Below, piece after piece: positions 49,633 through 63,306 of a stretch of 64,000 bases of DNA. The DNA comes from Ginglymostoma cirratum (taxonomy: Eukaryota), in NCBI GenBank assembly GCA_024137785.1, contig JAHRHZ010000141.1, positions 1,025,064 to 1,089,063 of the forward strand. Direction: 5' to 3'. A program made the position numbers and the translations under genes. Positions within the stretch are counted from its first letter, which is position 1; each line of letters begins with the position of its first letter. The notes under the pieces are model-generated. The model had not been told where the DNA came from and did not search any database. It saw only the letters and a list, made by a program, of their open reading frames with translations.

Positions 49633-50921
49633 TGTTCTTCTACTTGGACAGCTTTGCAGATGATGAATATACAAAGGACTACACATTTGTTTTAGCAGCT
49701 GAAAACATAATGATGCATGAACGAAATAGAAGACGTCAACTTCCAACAATAGTGAATACACTATTGATACAGTGTGAATATTGAGGAAGATTGCACCTCA
49801 TGTTGTTAAATCCGGGAATAAGAACTATACATGTAACGGAAATGGAAGAACAACTGATAAGTCTGTGTTTGCTCAAGAGATTGTGGCAATCCTTAAAGAA
49901 ATAAACACAGGAGGATCAGAATGTTCACAAGAAGCGCAAATCACACGATGAGTTTAGATTTTGAAGAAAGTTCAAAAACGATAGCAAGATAGAATTCAAG
50001 TGGGGAGTAATTAGAAAGAAATTGGTTAAAAAAGACATTGTCCTCACGGAGGTCACAATGAGTAATTAAGAATGGGAAGCAATGCAGTGACAATTGATTA
50101 AACAGAATTCTGCTAGAGAGCTCATTAGAAAACATCTAAAGAATGACAATGGGAACGAAAATTGAAATTCAAAAGAAATTATGAAGTCGGAAAGTGGAAA
50201 GGAATGGCTGGATTTAAAGTCAAAATGGTGAAAAGAATAAAAACAAATCGATCACAAAAACAGTTGCATGAAATCAGCATTAATTTGCGTCCATTTTCAG
50301 AATTACTGTTCCGAGGTTGCAAATCATAATTTCAATAAATGAAGTACGTGGGGTGGGGGTGGGGGAGCGGGTGCATAAAGGAGTAAAATATAGACCTTCT
50401 ATTGCATAAACGCTAAACTAATCAGAACGATGTTGAATGGGACAATTAGAAAAGCAGGATAAAATCGTTTGTAGTTGCATGTTTGTGAAAAAACAAAACC
50501 ATACTTGTGAAAACTGCAGTAATCACTGAGGAAGTAGATAGCAGGATTTTGTTTTTGTAAATAAAGACTACAGCTGTGCTGTGTGTTGCTTCTCTGAAAC
50601 AAATGATGAGCTGCAAGATAAGAATATAATGCGAAGAAACGTTGGAACAAAAATATCTCATGCTCCAGTTAAGCATATATGTTAAAGGAACAGTCAACAC
50701 AGTCAGAAAAAACAGTTGATAACTAGAACTTTGAGGAGAGTACAAACACTGGATCGGCATTCGTCTAGGGCTGGGATCAGGCAGTGAATTTTTCTAAGAA
50801 CATTTGTATGAAGTTGTAATTGGTATTGCTGTAATGTTTGGAAGAAACTTAGATATCTAGGAATAACAAGCATGGGGCTGGATGAACACAGCAGGACAGG
50901 CAGCATCGCAGGAGCAGGAAA

Positions 50922-50957
50922 ACTTGACGTTTCGGGCTTAAACCCTTCATCAGAAAT
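50922..50957 (-). ncRNA. Minimal type I hammerhead ribozyme motif
   Basis: attt-CTGATGA-a-GGG-tttaag-CCC-GAAAC-GTC-aagt on the minus strand. Confidence 0.65.
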
Positions 50958-51686
50958 GGGGAGGGGAAGAGGGTTCTGAAATAAATAGAGAGAGAGGGGG
51001 AGGTGGATAGAGGATGGATAGAGGAGAGGATAGGTGGAGAGTAGGCAGACAAGTCGAAGAGGCGGGGATGGAGCCAGTAAAGGTGAGTGTAGGTAGGGGG
51101 GTAGGGAGGAGATAGGTCAGTCCAGGGAGGACGGACAGGTCAAGGGGGCGGGATGATGTTAGTAGATAGGAGATTGGGGTGTGGCTTGGGGTGAGAGGAA
51201 AAACAGGTTCGGGAGGTGTAGATGAGCTGCGCTGGTTTTGGGATGCGGTTTGTGGAGGGTAGATTTTGAAGTTTGTGAAATCCGCATTGATGCCATTGGG
51301 CTGCAGGGTTCCCAGGCTGAATATGATTTTCTGTTCCTGCAGCCTTCGGGTGGTATCACTGTGGCATTGCAGGAGGCCAAGGATGGACATGTCATCTGAG
51401 GAATGGGAGGGGGTGTTGAAATGGTTCGCAACTGGGAGGTGCAGTTGTTCACCCCAAGCCACACCCCCATCTACTATCTACTAACATCGTCCCGCCCCCT
51501 TACCCTGTCCGTCCTCCCTGGACTGACCTATCGCCTCCCTACCCCCCTAGCTACACTCACCTTTACTGTCTCCATCCCCGCCTCTTCGACTTGTCTGCCT
51601 CCTCTCCACCTATCCTCTACTCTATCCGTCCTCTATCCACCTCCCCCTCTCTCCCTATTTATTTCAGAACCCTCTTCCCCTCCCCC

Positions 51687-51722
51687 ATTTCTGATGAAGG
51701 GTTTAGGCCCGAAACGTCAAGT
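51687..51722 (+). ncRNA. Minimal type I hammerhead ribozyme motif
   Basis: attt-CTGATGA(51691)-a-GGG-tttagg-CCC-GAAAC-GTC-aagt. Confidence 0.65.
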
Positions 51723-52764
51723 TTTCCTGCTCCTGTGATGCTGCCTGTCCTGCTGTGTTCATCCAGCTCCATGCTTGTTATCTCGGATTCTCCAGCATCT
51801 GCAGTACCTTTTATCTTAGATATCGAGGAAGTAGGCTTTTGAGTAAAATCAGCAAACAACAAAAAAAAACTCATACTCAATTGCGTAAAAAACACACTTC
51901 ATTTCGGACAAAATCAAGAATGCAAGAGTAGACTCTTACATATGAATAGACATATGTAAACTAAGTTGCTTCAGCGCTAAGTACTCCAGCTGTCATTGGA
52001 CGTGCTTTCCAAGTAGACCTGTCAGAATTGTCATAACAGCAGCAGAATAAGTGGAACTTGAAGTCATATCTCTTCGTTCAAGCAATCGTCTGAGTCACAT
52101 GAGTCCCTTCAGCTTTTCTTTCATCGGAGAAACAAGACTTAACTGCATATGCGATAAATATGTGTAATGGCATGGAAAACGTTGAACTTCATTGCAATAT
52201 GATCCTGTACAATTGCACGTAATTAATGCCCAAACAAGGAGGTAGGCACATCCATGTTTTTTCGCCAGATAGATGTTGTTGCTTATATATTCGACTATAT
52301 TTTTGTGTAGTCTACAATATCTTTCAAAGTTAATGTGTGGGAGACAAATCTTGCCTGATGATCAAGGAATATCCGGCTTACAGAACTTTTATTGTCATAT
52401 TTCAGACAGATATGTCAGTCTACCAGTACAGCTATAAATTTGCGCTCGAGTGACATGAATTAAGTAAACAATGTATATTTTTGCGGCATAATATATAACA
52501 AATATCTGAGATATAAATACAAAGAGTTTGTCTATGTAGCACAGCTTGTCTCTGCATTTACCAATTGCGTCAAGATTTGTCATTCGATCCAATTTTTTAA
52601 AGGTCACATTCTTCTATAACTTTTTTTTTTGCCTTTTCACTTACCTGCCTATTGGTGAGTGTGTACTTCTCTATCTTGCCGTCTTAATGCTAACAATTAT
52701 GCGTTTTATGACATTTTCAGGTAAGTAATAGTTCACACTATGACGTCTGTACATGTGCTTGAGT

Positions 52765-53500
52765 TTGGCCTTGGGCTCACAATTAACAAGTAACAGGTAT
52801 GACACACTAGTGACAAGAAATAGCTATCTGCAAGTAGAGAAACCTCAACGATTATCCTTTGCGAGTCAATGGTCTTACCATCCCTAAGTACCCCCCCATC
52901 AACGTGCGTCCGCTCAACCATTGATCAGCAACGCAACCGAACTTGCCACATAAATACATTGGCCACAAGAGCAGTGCAGAGGCTTGGAATACAGCGGCTA
53001 GTAACTCACAACCTGACCCTCCAAAGCCTGTCGATCATCTACAAGGCACGACTCAGTAGTTTGGGGTGATAGTCCCCACTTTCCTGAATGGGTGCAACTC
53101 CAACAATGCTTCAGAAACTTGACACTATCCGGGACAAAGCAAACTGCTTGATTGTTAACACATCCACAAGCTTCTCCCCCTCAAGTATCGATCCTCAATG
53201 GCAGATCTATGCTGGCTTCTAGATGTACTGCTGAAATTTACTAATGATCCTTAGAGAGCACCTTGCAAGCATGTGACCACCTCGATCTAGAAAATCAACG
53301 ACCACAGATACATCGGAGCACCACCACGAGCCAGTTAATATCCAAAGCATTCGCTGCCCTGAGTTAGAAATATGCTGTCATTTCATGACTGCCACTGGGT
53401 AGCATTTGTGCTACTTCCTCCGCAAGTTTATGATTAACAGCCTGAATATTGTGGATGGAAGCAGGTCTAGATCGCAGTTCAACACCTTATTCTCAAGTTC
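52765..53500 (+). mobile_element. L2/CR1-group LINE 3' fragment (distinct from the HER1-like CR1)
   Basis: HINTLATRAVQRLGIQRLVTHNLTLQSLSIIYKA RT C-terminal-like segment; colinear with 60500-61260. Confidence 0.7.
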
Positions 53501-53644
53501 AGCTCGCTTTGATCTCTTAATTATGCTTAGATATCCACCACTGCTTAAACTGCACTATATCACAATTAAATTGTTTAATGAACCCACAAGGCAATGATGG
53601 TGATGATTTTGGATGTATGAAGTGAGGCGGGCGGGGTGCAAAGA

Positions 53645-54030
53645 GGGCGATGGCAAGTGGTATTATCGCAAGACTCTCAATACACAAACTGAGTTAATGT
53701 TCTATTCCCGTGTTTCGATCTCCAGCAGATGTGTTGATTTGAATTCTCTCTTTTTTTTAAAACCTGTAGTTAAGAATCTACTAATGGCTGGGATTCATCT
53801 GTTGATTGACAGAAAGACACTTCTGACTAATGTCGTTCTTCAAGGAAGACAATCATCCATCTTAACCTGTTCCGGCATAATGGCGTACATTTGACTCCAA
53901 AAAACAGCAATGTGATTGACTCTCAACCGCGCTCTGAATCGATATATTAAGCATTGATTTCAAGGGCAACTTGGGATAGGAAATAAATGCAAATAATGGA
54001 GCGATGCCCACATTCCCACAGTGACTGATC
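53645..54030 (+). mobile_element. Degenerate tRNA-derived SINE sharing its 3' tail with the L2/CR1-group LINE
   Basis: A-box-like ggcaagtggtatt and B-box-like gtttcgatc head; body tgactccaaaaaacagcaatgtgattgactctc; tail caagggcaacttgggataggaaataaatgc...gcgatgcccacattccca. Confidence 0.65.
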
Positions 54031-56149
54031 TGAAATGCATAGACACCTCTGCTTTCTCCCCCTACCCAGTAACACACCCCCACACTCAGCTCTGTTTTAT
54101 CTTACAGATATATTTTGTACATTCTGTGCTTATTTGTCAGTCAGCGGGGAATCTATTGCAAAGCCCTGTTATTGTTATTACTCATATTGTAATCATTTAA
54201 GCAACGTTGAAGCACCACATTTCCTATTGTTTCCTATGATATCATATGATCTCTCCAAGGTTCAGACTCAAATGCAAGAAATTTAATACTGCTCTTACCT
54301 TCCTTGTACTTTCTGAGATCTGTTTTGATCAAGATACATTCAGTGAAACTTGGTACAATGCTATTCTAGATATGTAGCCAAATTTCAAATTTAAAAAAAA
54401 AAATCAGACCTATTCAAACACATTGTATGGCTTCCGTAAGAGGGAAAGGAACTCCATTCTTTTTCAGGAATTTCTTTGTCATTCCCCAATAAAGCAGAAT
54501 TGCACAGCCTGACATGTGGCTTCATAAGACTGCTACAGCCATCTCCATAGTTTTATCTAACAAATATGATAGTAAAATGATGCCCATATCTGGAAATGTT
54601 AATTTAGCACATGTTGAAGCTTGTCATGGTGTTCGTTAACTTTTACCAAATACCCAGAATCATGACTACCATTATATTTTTTTGTTTAGAAAATGATTTG
54701 TGTTGCTGTGAATAGTAAGTCAGCTCCCTTCAGTAAACTAACATTTGAACTAATACCAATCATTGTGTTCTTGAACTTTACACAAGTACTTTTGTTCTTG
54801 CAAAGTTAAAGACTATTCACTGTAAGTCACTCGAGTAATATCAGCATCAGTTTGTTGTTCGGTTTGCGCTGAAATTTGCGATTAGATAAAGACTTTGGTT
54901 TTAGTATCTGTTTGAGGCATTGCCATACTTGAGGTAAAACAGGCACACTTGATTTAAGTGAAGTATTAAGTGACAGAATTTGTAATTTGAACTAATAACT
55001 TCAGAAGGCAACTTAAAACGAAATGATTAGTGTTCTCTACAGATTTTTTTCTCTCTTCTTCTCTTCAACAACTCAATTAACATTCGAACGTTACGATCAG
55101 ACGTGTCTCTTCAATAGGTAATTGCCTAATTTCTGATTGAAAACAATCATAGGTGTGGTCAACATCAGAAAACGATATCACATTTGAAACCTGGAGTCAA
55201 CTTTCTTGTAATAGAGGAAGGAAGAATAATTGCAAGCTCAGGCAGTTTGGGGTGAATGTGTGTCTACTCAATTCGTTATAAGCATTCTACTATGCCTGAA
55301 TTACATAAAGAATATTAATACTAAACATAATGAAACATGTTAAAGCATTAGCACATTTGATTGTACATACGGACTCCTCTCTGCAAATGTATTGAAGGCA
55401 GATAATGTTGTCCCGTTTAAGACTATGCAGCGATTTTCTGTCGAATTGCACATTCATTACAGATGACAATGCAGGTTCCGCGTTAGTGCCCTCCTGTTCG
55501 TCTCAACATTCCGTTCAGGAAACTCTGATCGTGCTCATTTATCACGTTTAATGACAAATACTACGTTTGAATGAGGGCCTCATATCTTTGTGGGGCTTTC
55601 AGTGAAAAATCTCAGCATAGAGAATAGTTAAATAAACATTGAACCGCTTTGTCAATTGTCACTGAACTAACTCCCATATTCAGTGGGCATGCATTGCACA
55701 GCTAAATGTACTTGCAGCACAACTAAGCAAAGAGATTATTTCCTCTTCCCATATGTGTATTTATGTTAAATAGAACGTATGTCATTCTACAAAACCATTA
55801 ATCTTAACACTTCGGTTCACAAGAAAACCCTAACCTGAAAACTTTTTTTCAATTAGAATTCTAAAATGACAGTTAAACTGGTGAAGCAATGCACTGATTC
55901 GTGTCACTTTCAGACTTGGGTACTTGATACCGTTATAGAAGTGCCATAGTATTAAGAACCATCAACTGCCTAAGCATACAGGGACATACAATTTCCCCAA
56001 ATGTTCGCAGAATGAAAATGATCATTTCCCATCAAATCTATGCACAATGTGCTTTTTGATACTCATATATTTAAAACGAGTATTTCATTGGTCAAAAAAA
56101 AGTTAAAATAAGCACCTGGCATGCCATGTTAAGAAAAAGCTCAGGTGAA

Positions 56150-57530
56150 AGAGTCATAGAGTCATCGAATCATGCAGCACCAAAACAGACAGTTTAATCC
56201 AAACAGTCCATAAATAACATAATCTCAAACAAAAATAACCTCTCCCACCTGCTCCTGGCCCAAATTCCTCCAAATCTTTCTTTTTCATTTACTTCTCGAA
56301 GTGTCATTTAAACGTTGTGATTGTGCCCATATCCACGACTTCCTCAGGATGTGAACTTCCGAAACGTCAGTGAAAAAAAATCCCAGTCTGTTCAGCTTTT
56401 TATATAACTCAGTCGTTCCATTACTCATAACATCCATGTAAAACTCTACTGAGTCATCTCCTGCGACATAATATCCTTCCTGCAACAGGGTGACAAGAAC
56501 TGGACACCGTGTGACAGAAGAGGAATTAACAATGTCCCGTAAAACTTCAGCATAAATTCGCAATTACTGTACACAAACGACTGGGCAATGAAGGCAAGAG
56601 TGCGAAACATCATTTTAAACATCCTGTCTCTAAGTGACGCTAACTTAAAAGAATTATGCACCCAAAACCCTAGATCCCTGTGTTCTACCACACAAAGCAA
56701 GGCCCAATCATTAATTGCATAAGCCCTATGCCATTTTTTTCTCATACAAAAATGCAATAATTCGTATTTATCCAGACTGAACTATATTTGGAAATTTACA
56801 GCACATTGACTCATTTGAACAGGACCCCATTGTGAACTCAGTAAACATTCTTCAATATCTACTATGCTACCAAATTTGATGTCGTGTGCAAACTAGCAGA
56901 CAAAGCCTTCTACATTCTTAGCCGCATCATTTATACAAAATCAAATAAAAGCGGATTCACAACTGATCACCGTGGCACACTGTTGATAGGAGGCCTCCTG
57001 ACCGAGAAATAGGCCCTCCAGTACCATTCTCCCTCACCTACATTTCAGCCAATTATACATTCAATTGGCACGCTCACCATCAATCCCACATGACAAAATC
57101 TTATTAATTAGTCTGCCATGCAGAACCCTATCAAAAGCTTTACTATATTCCAAGTAAACAAGGTTCACTACCCTGACAAGCTTGTGGTACCTTCTTCAAT
57201 AAACTCAGTTAAGTTTGAGAGAAGCTATGTTCTTCGCAATAAATCTTGCTGACTATACATAATCGATGTTTGCCTCTTTAAATCTCTGTGAATCCTCTCT
57301 TTTGAAATCACCTCCAATAATTTGCCGACAAACCAAGTCAAATTCGCAGGCCTATAGTTACCTGGTTTCAATTGTAACGCTTCTGAAACAGATGTACAGA
57401 TTTAGCCACCCTCCAGTCAGGATGCACCTCACCCGTACTTATAGATGAAACATTTTGTTTTTTGCAATCCTCCCTTACATTCCACAACAGTCTGGGATAC
57501 AATAGGTCAGGTCCCAGAGATTTGTCCACC
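56150..57530 (-). mobile_element. Old CR1 LINE (RT to 3' end)
   Basis: RDLGFWVHNSFK, LAFIAQSF, VQFLSPCCRKD; agtcatagagtcat tail; colinear with 62272-63306. Confidence 0.85.
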
Positions 57531-57939
57531 TCATGTGATATTGTTCCGGGCCTTACCCGTCGGGTAAGAAAAATGTATTTTGAAATCGTGTGAGAAATAT
57601 CGTTTGTTTTTGTAGTGATTTAATGTTTAAAAGTCTATTCAATATTTTAAATATCATGCAGGCTATAGCAAGTGGGTGTGGATCTCCATTAAACAAAAGT
57701 TGAAGTTTTAACGTTAAGTAAATTTACCTGTACCATTTGTGTTTGAAAAATAAAACTTCGTACTCATGCAGCATATGATTGCAATAGGATAGAAACTGCA
57801 AAATATGTTGATGCATTGTGATAGCGGTGACTTCATGCACTAGTTACACAAAGCTATCATGCGAGAATAGCATGTCATGTGGACAGACAATAGCTTATGA
57901 ACAAATATCGTTAAAATAATGCAGATAAAACGTAGAGAT

Positions 57940-58360
57940 AAGCTATGAGAAAAGGTTAGATAGACTACGACATTTTATGCTGGAGTATAGGTGAATGGCC
58001 GGCGACCTTATAGGGAAGTATAAAATCGTAAGAAGTTAAGATTTGGTTGATAGCCAACAGCTTTTTACCCATGGTACAAAAGTCTAAAACTACACAGCAT
58101 ATGTTTTAGTTGAGCGAGGACAGGTACAACAAAGGTCCAGAGAAGCATGTTAATTTCACACAGAAGGCTGAAAGTGTTTGGAATGGGCTGCCAGTGGCAA
58201 TAAGGGAATCGAATATAATTTCATCATTTAAGAAAACCAAATAGATATGAATGATAAAGACATGGAGGGTTGTCGACTAAATGTGGACAAATGGGACTGG
58301 TTTAAGCTGTGAAAACTGGATGGCATGGTAAATTGGATCGACGGGCTTGTTTCCATGCTG
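57940..58360 (+). mobile_element. Old CR1 LINE 3' end
   Basis: agctatgagaaaaggttagatagact...ttcacacagaagg...tggaatgggctgccag...gggcttgtttccatgctgtagacctc. Confidence 0.75.
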
Positions 58361-60399
58361 TAGACCTCAACAATAGTGTTATGGCAATTGTTCAAGACAT
58401 TTCCAAGCCCAGCACTGGCATGCTGCCAGTTTTGTGTGCTGATAATGAGGATGGCGAAATAGATGTAAAGACGATGTTTCCACTTGTTGGATCATGGGGA
58501 ACAAGAGATCGTACTTTCAGTGTAAGACGTGGCAGATGTAAAACAGAATTGCCGATTTGTATCATAGAGTAATGAATCTGTGGAATTCACAGCCTCATAG
58601 CATTATTAACACTGCAATCTTTTGTTTCTTTTTTACCATTGCAGGAAACAGGCATTATTTGTAAAAGTAGTTTTGTGTTTAAGAGTTATGGGAGCATGAA
58701 GGGAAATTGAGCTGTGTCCAAGGTGAGAACTGCCACGCTTATATAAAATTATATAAAATGCTAGAGTGTCTGAAATAATCCGCTTTGCTCCTAGACTTTG
58801 TGTTCTTATCTTCTCATCACACCACATCGCAAAATGTGAGACAGACACTTTTAATAATGCAGAGAGGGCAGTGATTATTTGACGACAAACCAAGGATGGA
58901 AAGCAGCCCAAGGTACGGAAGAGGCCTGACGTTCTTGGCGATTGAGTTGTGAGGCAGGAGAAGTAGGAGCACACTACAAATGAAAAAATAACTGTCATTA
59001 TGAACACTTGCCTGTGCGATCTCAGCGAAATATTGATGTCAACGTACTTGATTAGGAATGATCAGGCTCCCATTCCATCCCACCCCCACCATCTACATCG
59101 TGCACTAAAAAATTTTCCACAAGACAGACTCTGTTTATCCAGTATTACCGAAAGCTGTGATCTTAATATTTCGTCTTTGTTATGCTCAACAGCGGCAGTT
59201 AATTGGTAATGAAGTTTTTCGCAGCAAGCCATATATAGTAAGAGAGAAAAGAGGGATGAGGTGTGAGGGATAGAGAACGAGAGGGACATAAATGCACATT
59301 TTCTGAAGTGTCTATCACGTCAAGCCATTAATGGCGTTTGCCTGCAAATTTATGTAACATATTTTGAATACCAACTTCACCCACTGACTGATTAAGTTTA
59401 TGAACTAAAGTTTCGGAAAAAAAAGTAAAGCAAGCATATAAACAAACATAATGCCCAAAAGAGAAAATGGAACATTTGTCTTTTTGACTTAACCGTGCAC
59501 TATATTGCTTTAACCAGTATTATTTTAAGTGATTTTCTTTAACGATTATAAGTTTTGATTCTTGGTTATACGCCTCTTTACTTTACAGCTAGTATTTCAA
59601 GAAAGAGCGCACTTTTCTTGATTATGAATCATCCTCTTGTCACAGGGTCATGAAATGCAAAGTACGTGTCATTCAGTTTCCAACATATTTTCCCTACCCT
59701 CAAATACACAGAAATGACTTATGCTATTTATAAAGTGTATAAATGTGAGGTGTATGTTTTATTTATGATTGTTTAAACCTAATTAACACATTGCTTGCAA
59801 TTTTCAATTTTTAGTAATGAAATCGCAACCTGGTATGGTATCTCCGCTATTTTGTTTTTTCAGCCTGACAGACCTGCTGCAAAATTGTTATACTCTTATC
59901 CCAGCGTTTTGTACGTTCCTGCGTATCACTTGACACAGAGTTTGACTTGCTTTCAGCAAATAACACAACAAGCGCTGCACTTCCTTTAATGCAGCTCATG
60001 TCACGTCCCACGGCTTCATGTAGCTTATAAAAGTAACCTTTTCAGCAAATGCTTGACTTCTGGTACATTATTTCTCACTGGGACTTAAATAAATATTATT
60101 TATTTGCAGCATGTTTGGCATATTTTTGCCCAATATGAAAATGCAAGTTGTAAGTACTGTAAATCAGCGCCCCTGTTTCTGCCGACTATATCTCTGTGTT
60201 TTAAATCCGTATTGCACCTTCATTCCTGTATCCTTGTAAGGTCTGTGTCTAAGATAATTTCTTGATGTATATCTGTCCATTGATTTCCTCAAAACAGGCC
60301 CCTCTAACTTATTCATCATGCTTTTTGTTGTTATATTTACTCGTGTCAATAAAGTCTAAATAAGGCAGGTTGCTGTGTTATATCCAATGATCTACAACT

Positions 60400-61260
60400 G
60401 CTTCATCGATGACTGACGTTCCACTGTAAGGTCAGCGGTCGAAGAGTTGGCTAATGTTTGCTAAGCACGACTCTTCAGATAGTAATGTTTTCCTTGTTGA
60501 AACGCAACAAGTTCTTGGCAAGTGTCAAGTGACTTTAACAACATGTGTAAGCCAAGCAATGACCATGTTGGTCTGAAACATTCAATGATTTCCTCTGATA
60601 ATCAACGACATTTTCATCACTGAATACCTCAGGATCAACAACTTGGGGTTTGTTGATCACTTCAATCAGAAATCAACATTTTTTTATTTACATGCTACGG
60701 GGACAAGATGAAGCCCAAGAGCTCGCAGCAATAGAGTGTATAATTCAAGTTCTGAGTTGCCAAATCTTCTCGCAGCATCTCCAATGTCAAAAGTCAGAAA
60801 TACCGTGCAATACCTGAGACCTAACTGGATGAGCACAGAGCTGAAAATAGTCAGTGCGCTCGCCACCGTCGTGGACAAATGCTTTATTGTCACCTTGTGT
60901 AAGAAAACACACTCGTTCCACCATTCACAGATATTATAGTAGCGTGTAGGATCGATGAAAATAGCTGAGAACAAAATAAGCTATATTCCAAACACACACG
61001 CAGTGCCACCGAGAATGATAAGATCTGAGTATATTTTAGCACATAAAAGGCAACTAGGAAGTTACACATAGATCTTCTCACCCTTATAACGAAGTATGTT
61101 CGACTTCCTGTGCTGTATCAGGTTCAAACACACTTAACACGTTGCGTGTCGAATTGCAGCAATTTAATTGCAGCAGTTCAACGTGGCAGCTCACCAGTAG
61201 CTCCTCAACGACATTAAGGTCAGGCGATAATGCTGGCACTGTCGGCAAATAGCACATCAA
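60400..61260 (+). mobile_element. Degenerate L2/CR1-group LINE fragment
   Basis: gcaatgaccatg, atcactgaatacc, aactggatgagcacagagc; tail gcagcagttcaacgtggcagctcacc...aatgctggcac; colinear with 52765-53500 and 548-790. Confidence 0.6.
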
Positions 61261-62271
61261 ATGATTATAATGTCTTTCTGAAGTCGCCAGTCTGCTTTCT
61301 ATGTTAATTTCATAGCCTGGAACTGTGCAATATTTAATGCTACTCTGCAGTGTCCTGTACCAAGAAATGTTATGTCGTTTGTTTCTGACTCTTGCATTTT
61401 CAGCTCTGTCATCTTGTCTATGGTATGTGTTGAGGTTACGTTTTCTTTTATGTTCATTCATCTTTCCAAACGATAATTCCATTCGAGGTTTCAACATATC
61501 AATCTTCATGTATACCAAACTTTTAATGTAGCTGAGCAGCAGTCTGAATTTAGTTCCAATAGCCAATTGTCGGTTCATCTCGTTTAAAATCAAAATCAGT
61601 GATGAGTTTGTATCACTGCATGAGCAATGATGCAACACCATTCTGTTCTGTTATAGTTTATTGTTATCACCGACGGAGCAGAAAAAGAAAAGATTCTGAC
61701 TATCAATCTTATCAGAAGAACCACACAGTTCCATGCATATTAGTTACTTAATAATGTTACAGCTCTTACCATTCGCCTCTTTTTGAAGATCTGTGAAGAA
61801 CAATGAGTCATAATTAAACACTGTAATCAATATATTTGCTGAGAAAATTGTTCCTTCCAGATGACATTAGATATTCCCTCAGGATATACAGATAGTAAAT
61901 CAGAGTGTATAGTCTAAAATACGAATTGAAAAAAAAAGCAAAAAATAAGTTTAAGGTGCCAAATTAAGAATCCTATTGTGTCAAGCATGATGGTAATTCT
62001 GTTGAAAAACAGTGATTGAGGGAACAGCATTACTTTACAATGGTAAATTCGTATACTCCGTTAGATATTTAGAAATATTCAATCCAAATCTGCCAAAGTT
62101 ATGTATATGGCATTTATGATGTTTCTTAGGAAATACAACAACAGTAAAAAATTACTATCCAAGTTCCGCTCTAACATATCTTAATGACGAAAAGAAACAA
62201 TATATAAGTAAAGTTAACAATGATTGAAATTCATACTTAAGATTTTACAAAGAATACATTCACCATAGTGC

Positions 62272-63306
62272 AGAGTCATAGCGGCATACAGCATGGAAAC
62301 AAGCACTTCAATCTGCACAGTCCATGCCGAGAATAATCCCAAAATAAACTAGTCCCATCCTCCTGCACCTGGCCAATATCCTTCCAAACTTTTCTTGTTC
62401 ATATGTCTGTCTAAATTTCGTTTAAACGTTGTAAATGTACCAACATCCAAAATTTCCTTAGGAAGTTCATTCCACATGTGAACCATTCTCTGAATAAAAA
62501 AAATGCCTCTTATGTCCTTTTAAAATATCTATCCTGTAAAGTTAAAAACGTGCCTGTTAGTCTTGAAAACACCAATACTAGGGAAAATATCCAATCTATA
62601 ATTCTCATTATTTCGTCTCTCAAGCTCCGAAAATCAGCGTAAAGATTCCCAGCATATCTTCCCTACTTGAAAACTCAGACGTTCCATACACTGCAACAAC
62701 CTGGTAGATCTCTTCTGAACCCTCTCTTGCTTACTATATCCTTCCGAGAACTGGGCGAACAGCAATGCATAGTGTGCCAGAAAAGGCCTCACAATGTCCT
62801 ATACAAACCCAACATGACTTCCCAACCTATACTCAAAGAACTGAACAAAGAAGGCAAACGTGCCAAACTCCTTTCACTGAACTGTCTACATGTGACACAA
62901 ACTTGAAAGAATTATGCACCTGCAACCCGAGGTCACTCTGTTCTACAACACTACCCAATGCCCTACCATAAATTGTATAACCTCTCACTCTTTTTTGTTT
63001 TACCAAAATGCAATAGCTCGCATTTATCCAGATTGAACTCCATCTGCCAATTTTCAGCCCATCGACCCATTTGATCAGGTTTGCCCGCAAACGGTCTAAC
63101 CATGCCTCCGATATTGTCATCCAAACCATTTTTATAGATGACAAAGAGGACCCAGAACCGATTCCTGTGTCGCACCGCTGGTGACAGGCATCCAATCCAA
63201 AAAGCAACCCTCCAACATTGGTGTCTGTCTCTTGCTGTTCAGCCAATTATCGATCAAATTGGCAACCTCGCCCTGAAACTTGTGTGACCCAGCTTTACTA
63301 ATTAGT
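62272..63306 (-). mobile_element. CR1 LINE fragment (RT to 3' end)
   Basis: WAENWQMEFNLDKCELLHFG, EQSDLGLQVHNSFK; agagtcatagcggcatacagcatggaaacaag tail. Confidence 0.88.

Larger units (their letters stand above)
50864..51814. mobile_element. Fold-back PLE insertion: minus-strand 3' fragment (50864-51448) joined to an inverted copy of its tail (51449-51814)
   Basis: 50864-51194 is the reverse complement of 51449-~51781; flanked by cttagatatc(t/g)aggaa at 50848-50863 and 51815-51830. Confidence 0.9.

Noticed and set aside
5340-51722. Functional coupling between the ERV 2H enzyme and PLE hammerheads (which leave 2',3'-cyclic phosphates)
   Set aside because: They are independent insertions tens of kb apart, and PLE tails are abundant, so co-occurrence is expected by chance.
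57552-57568. Palindrome CTTACCCG-t-CGGGTAAG near a CR1 truncation point
   Set aside because: Arms of only 8 bp are expected about once by chance in 64 kb; no supporting context.
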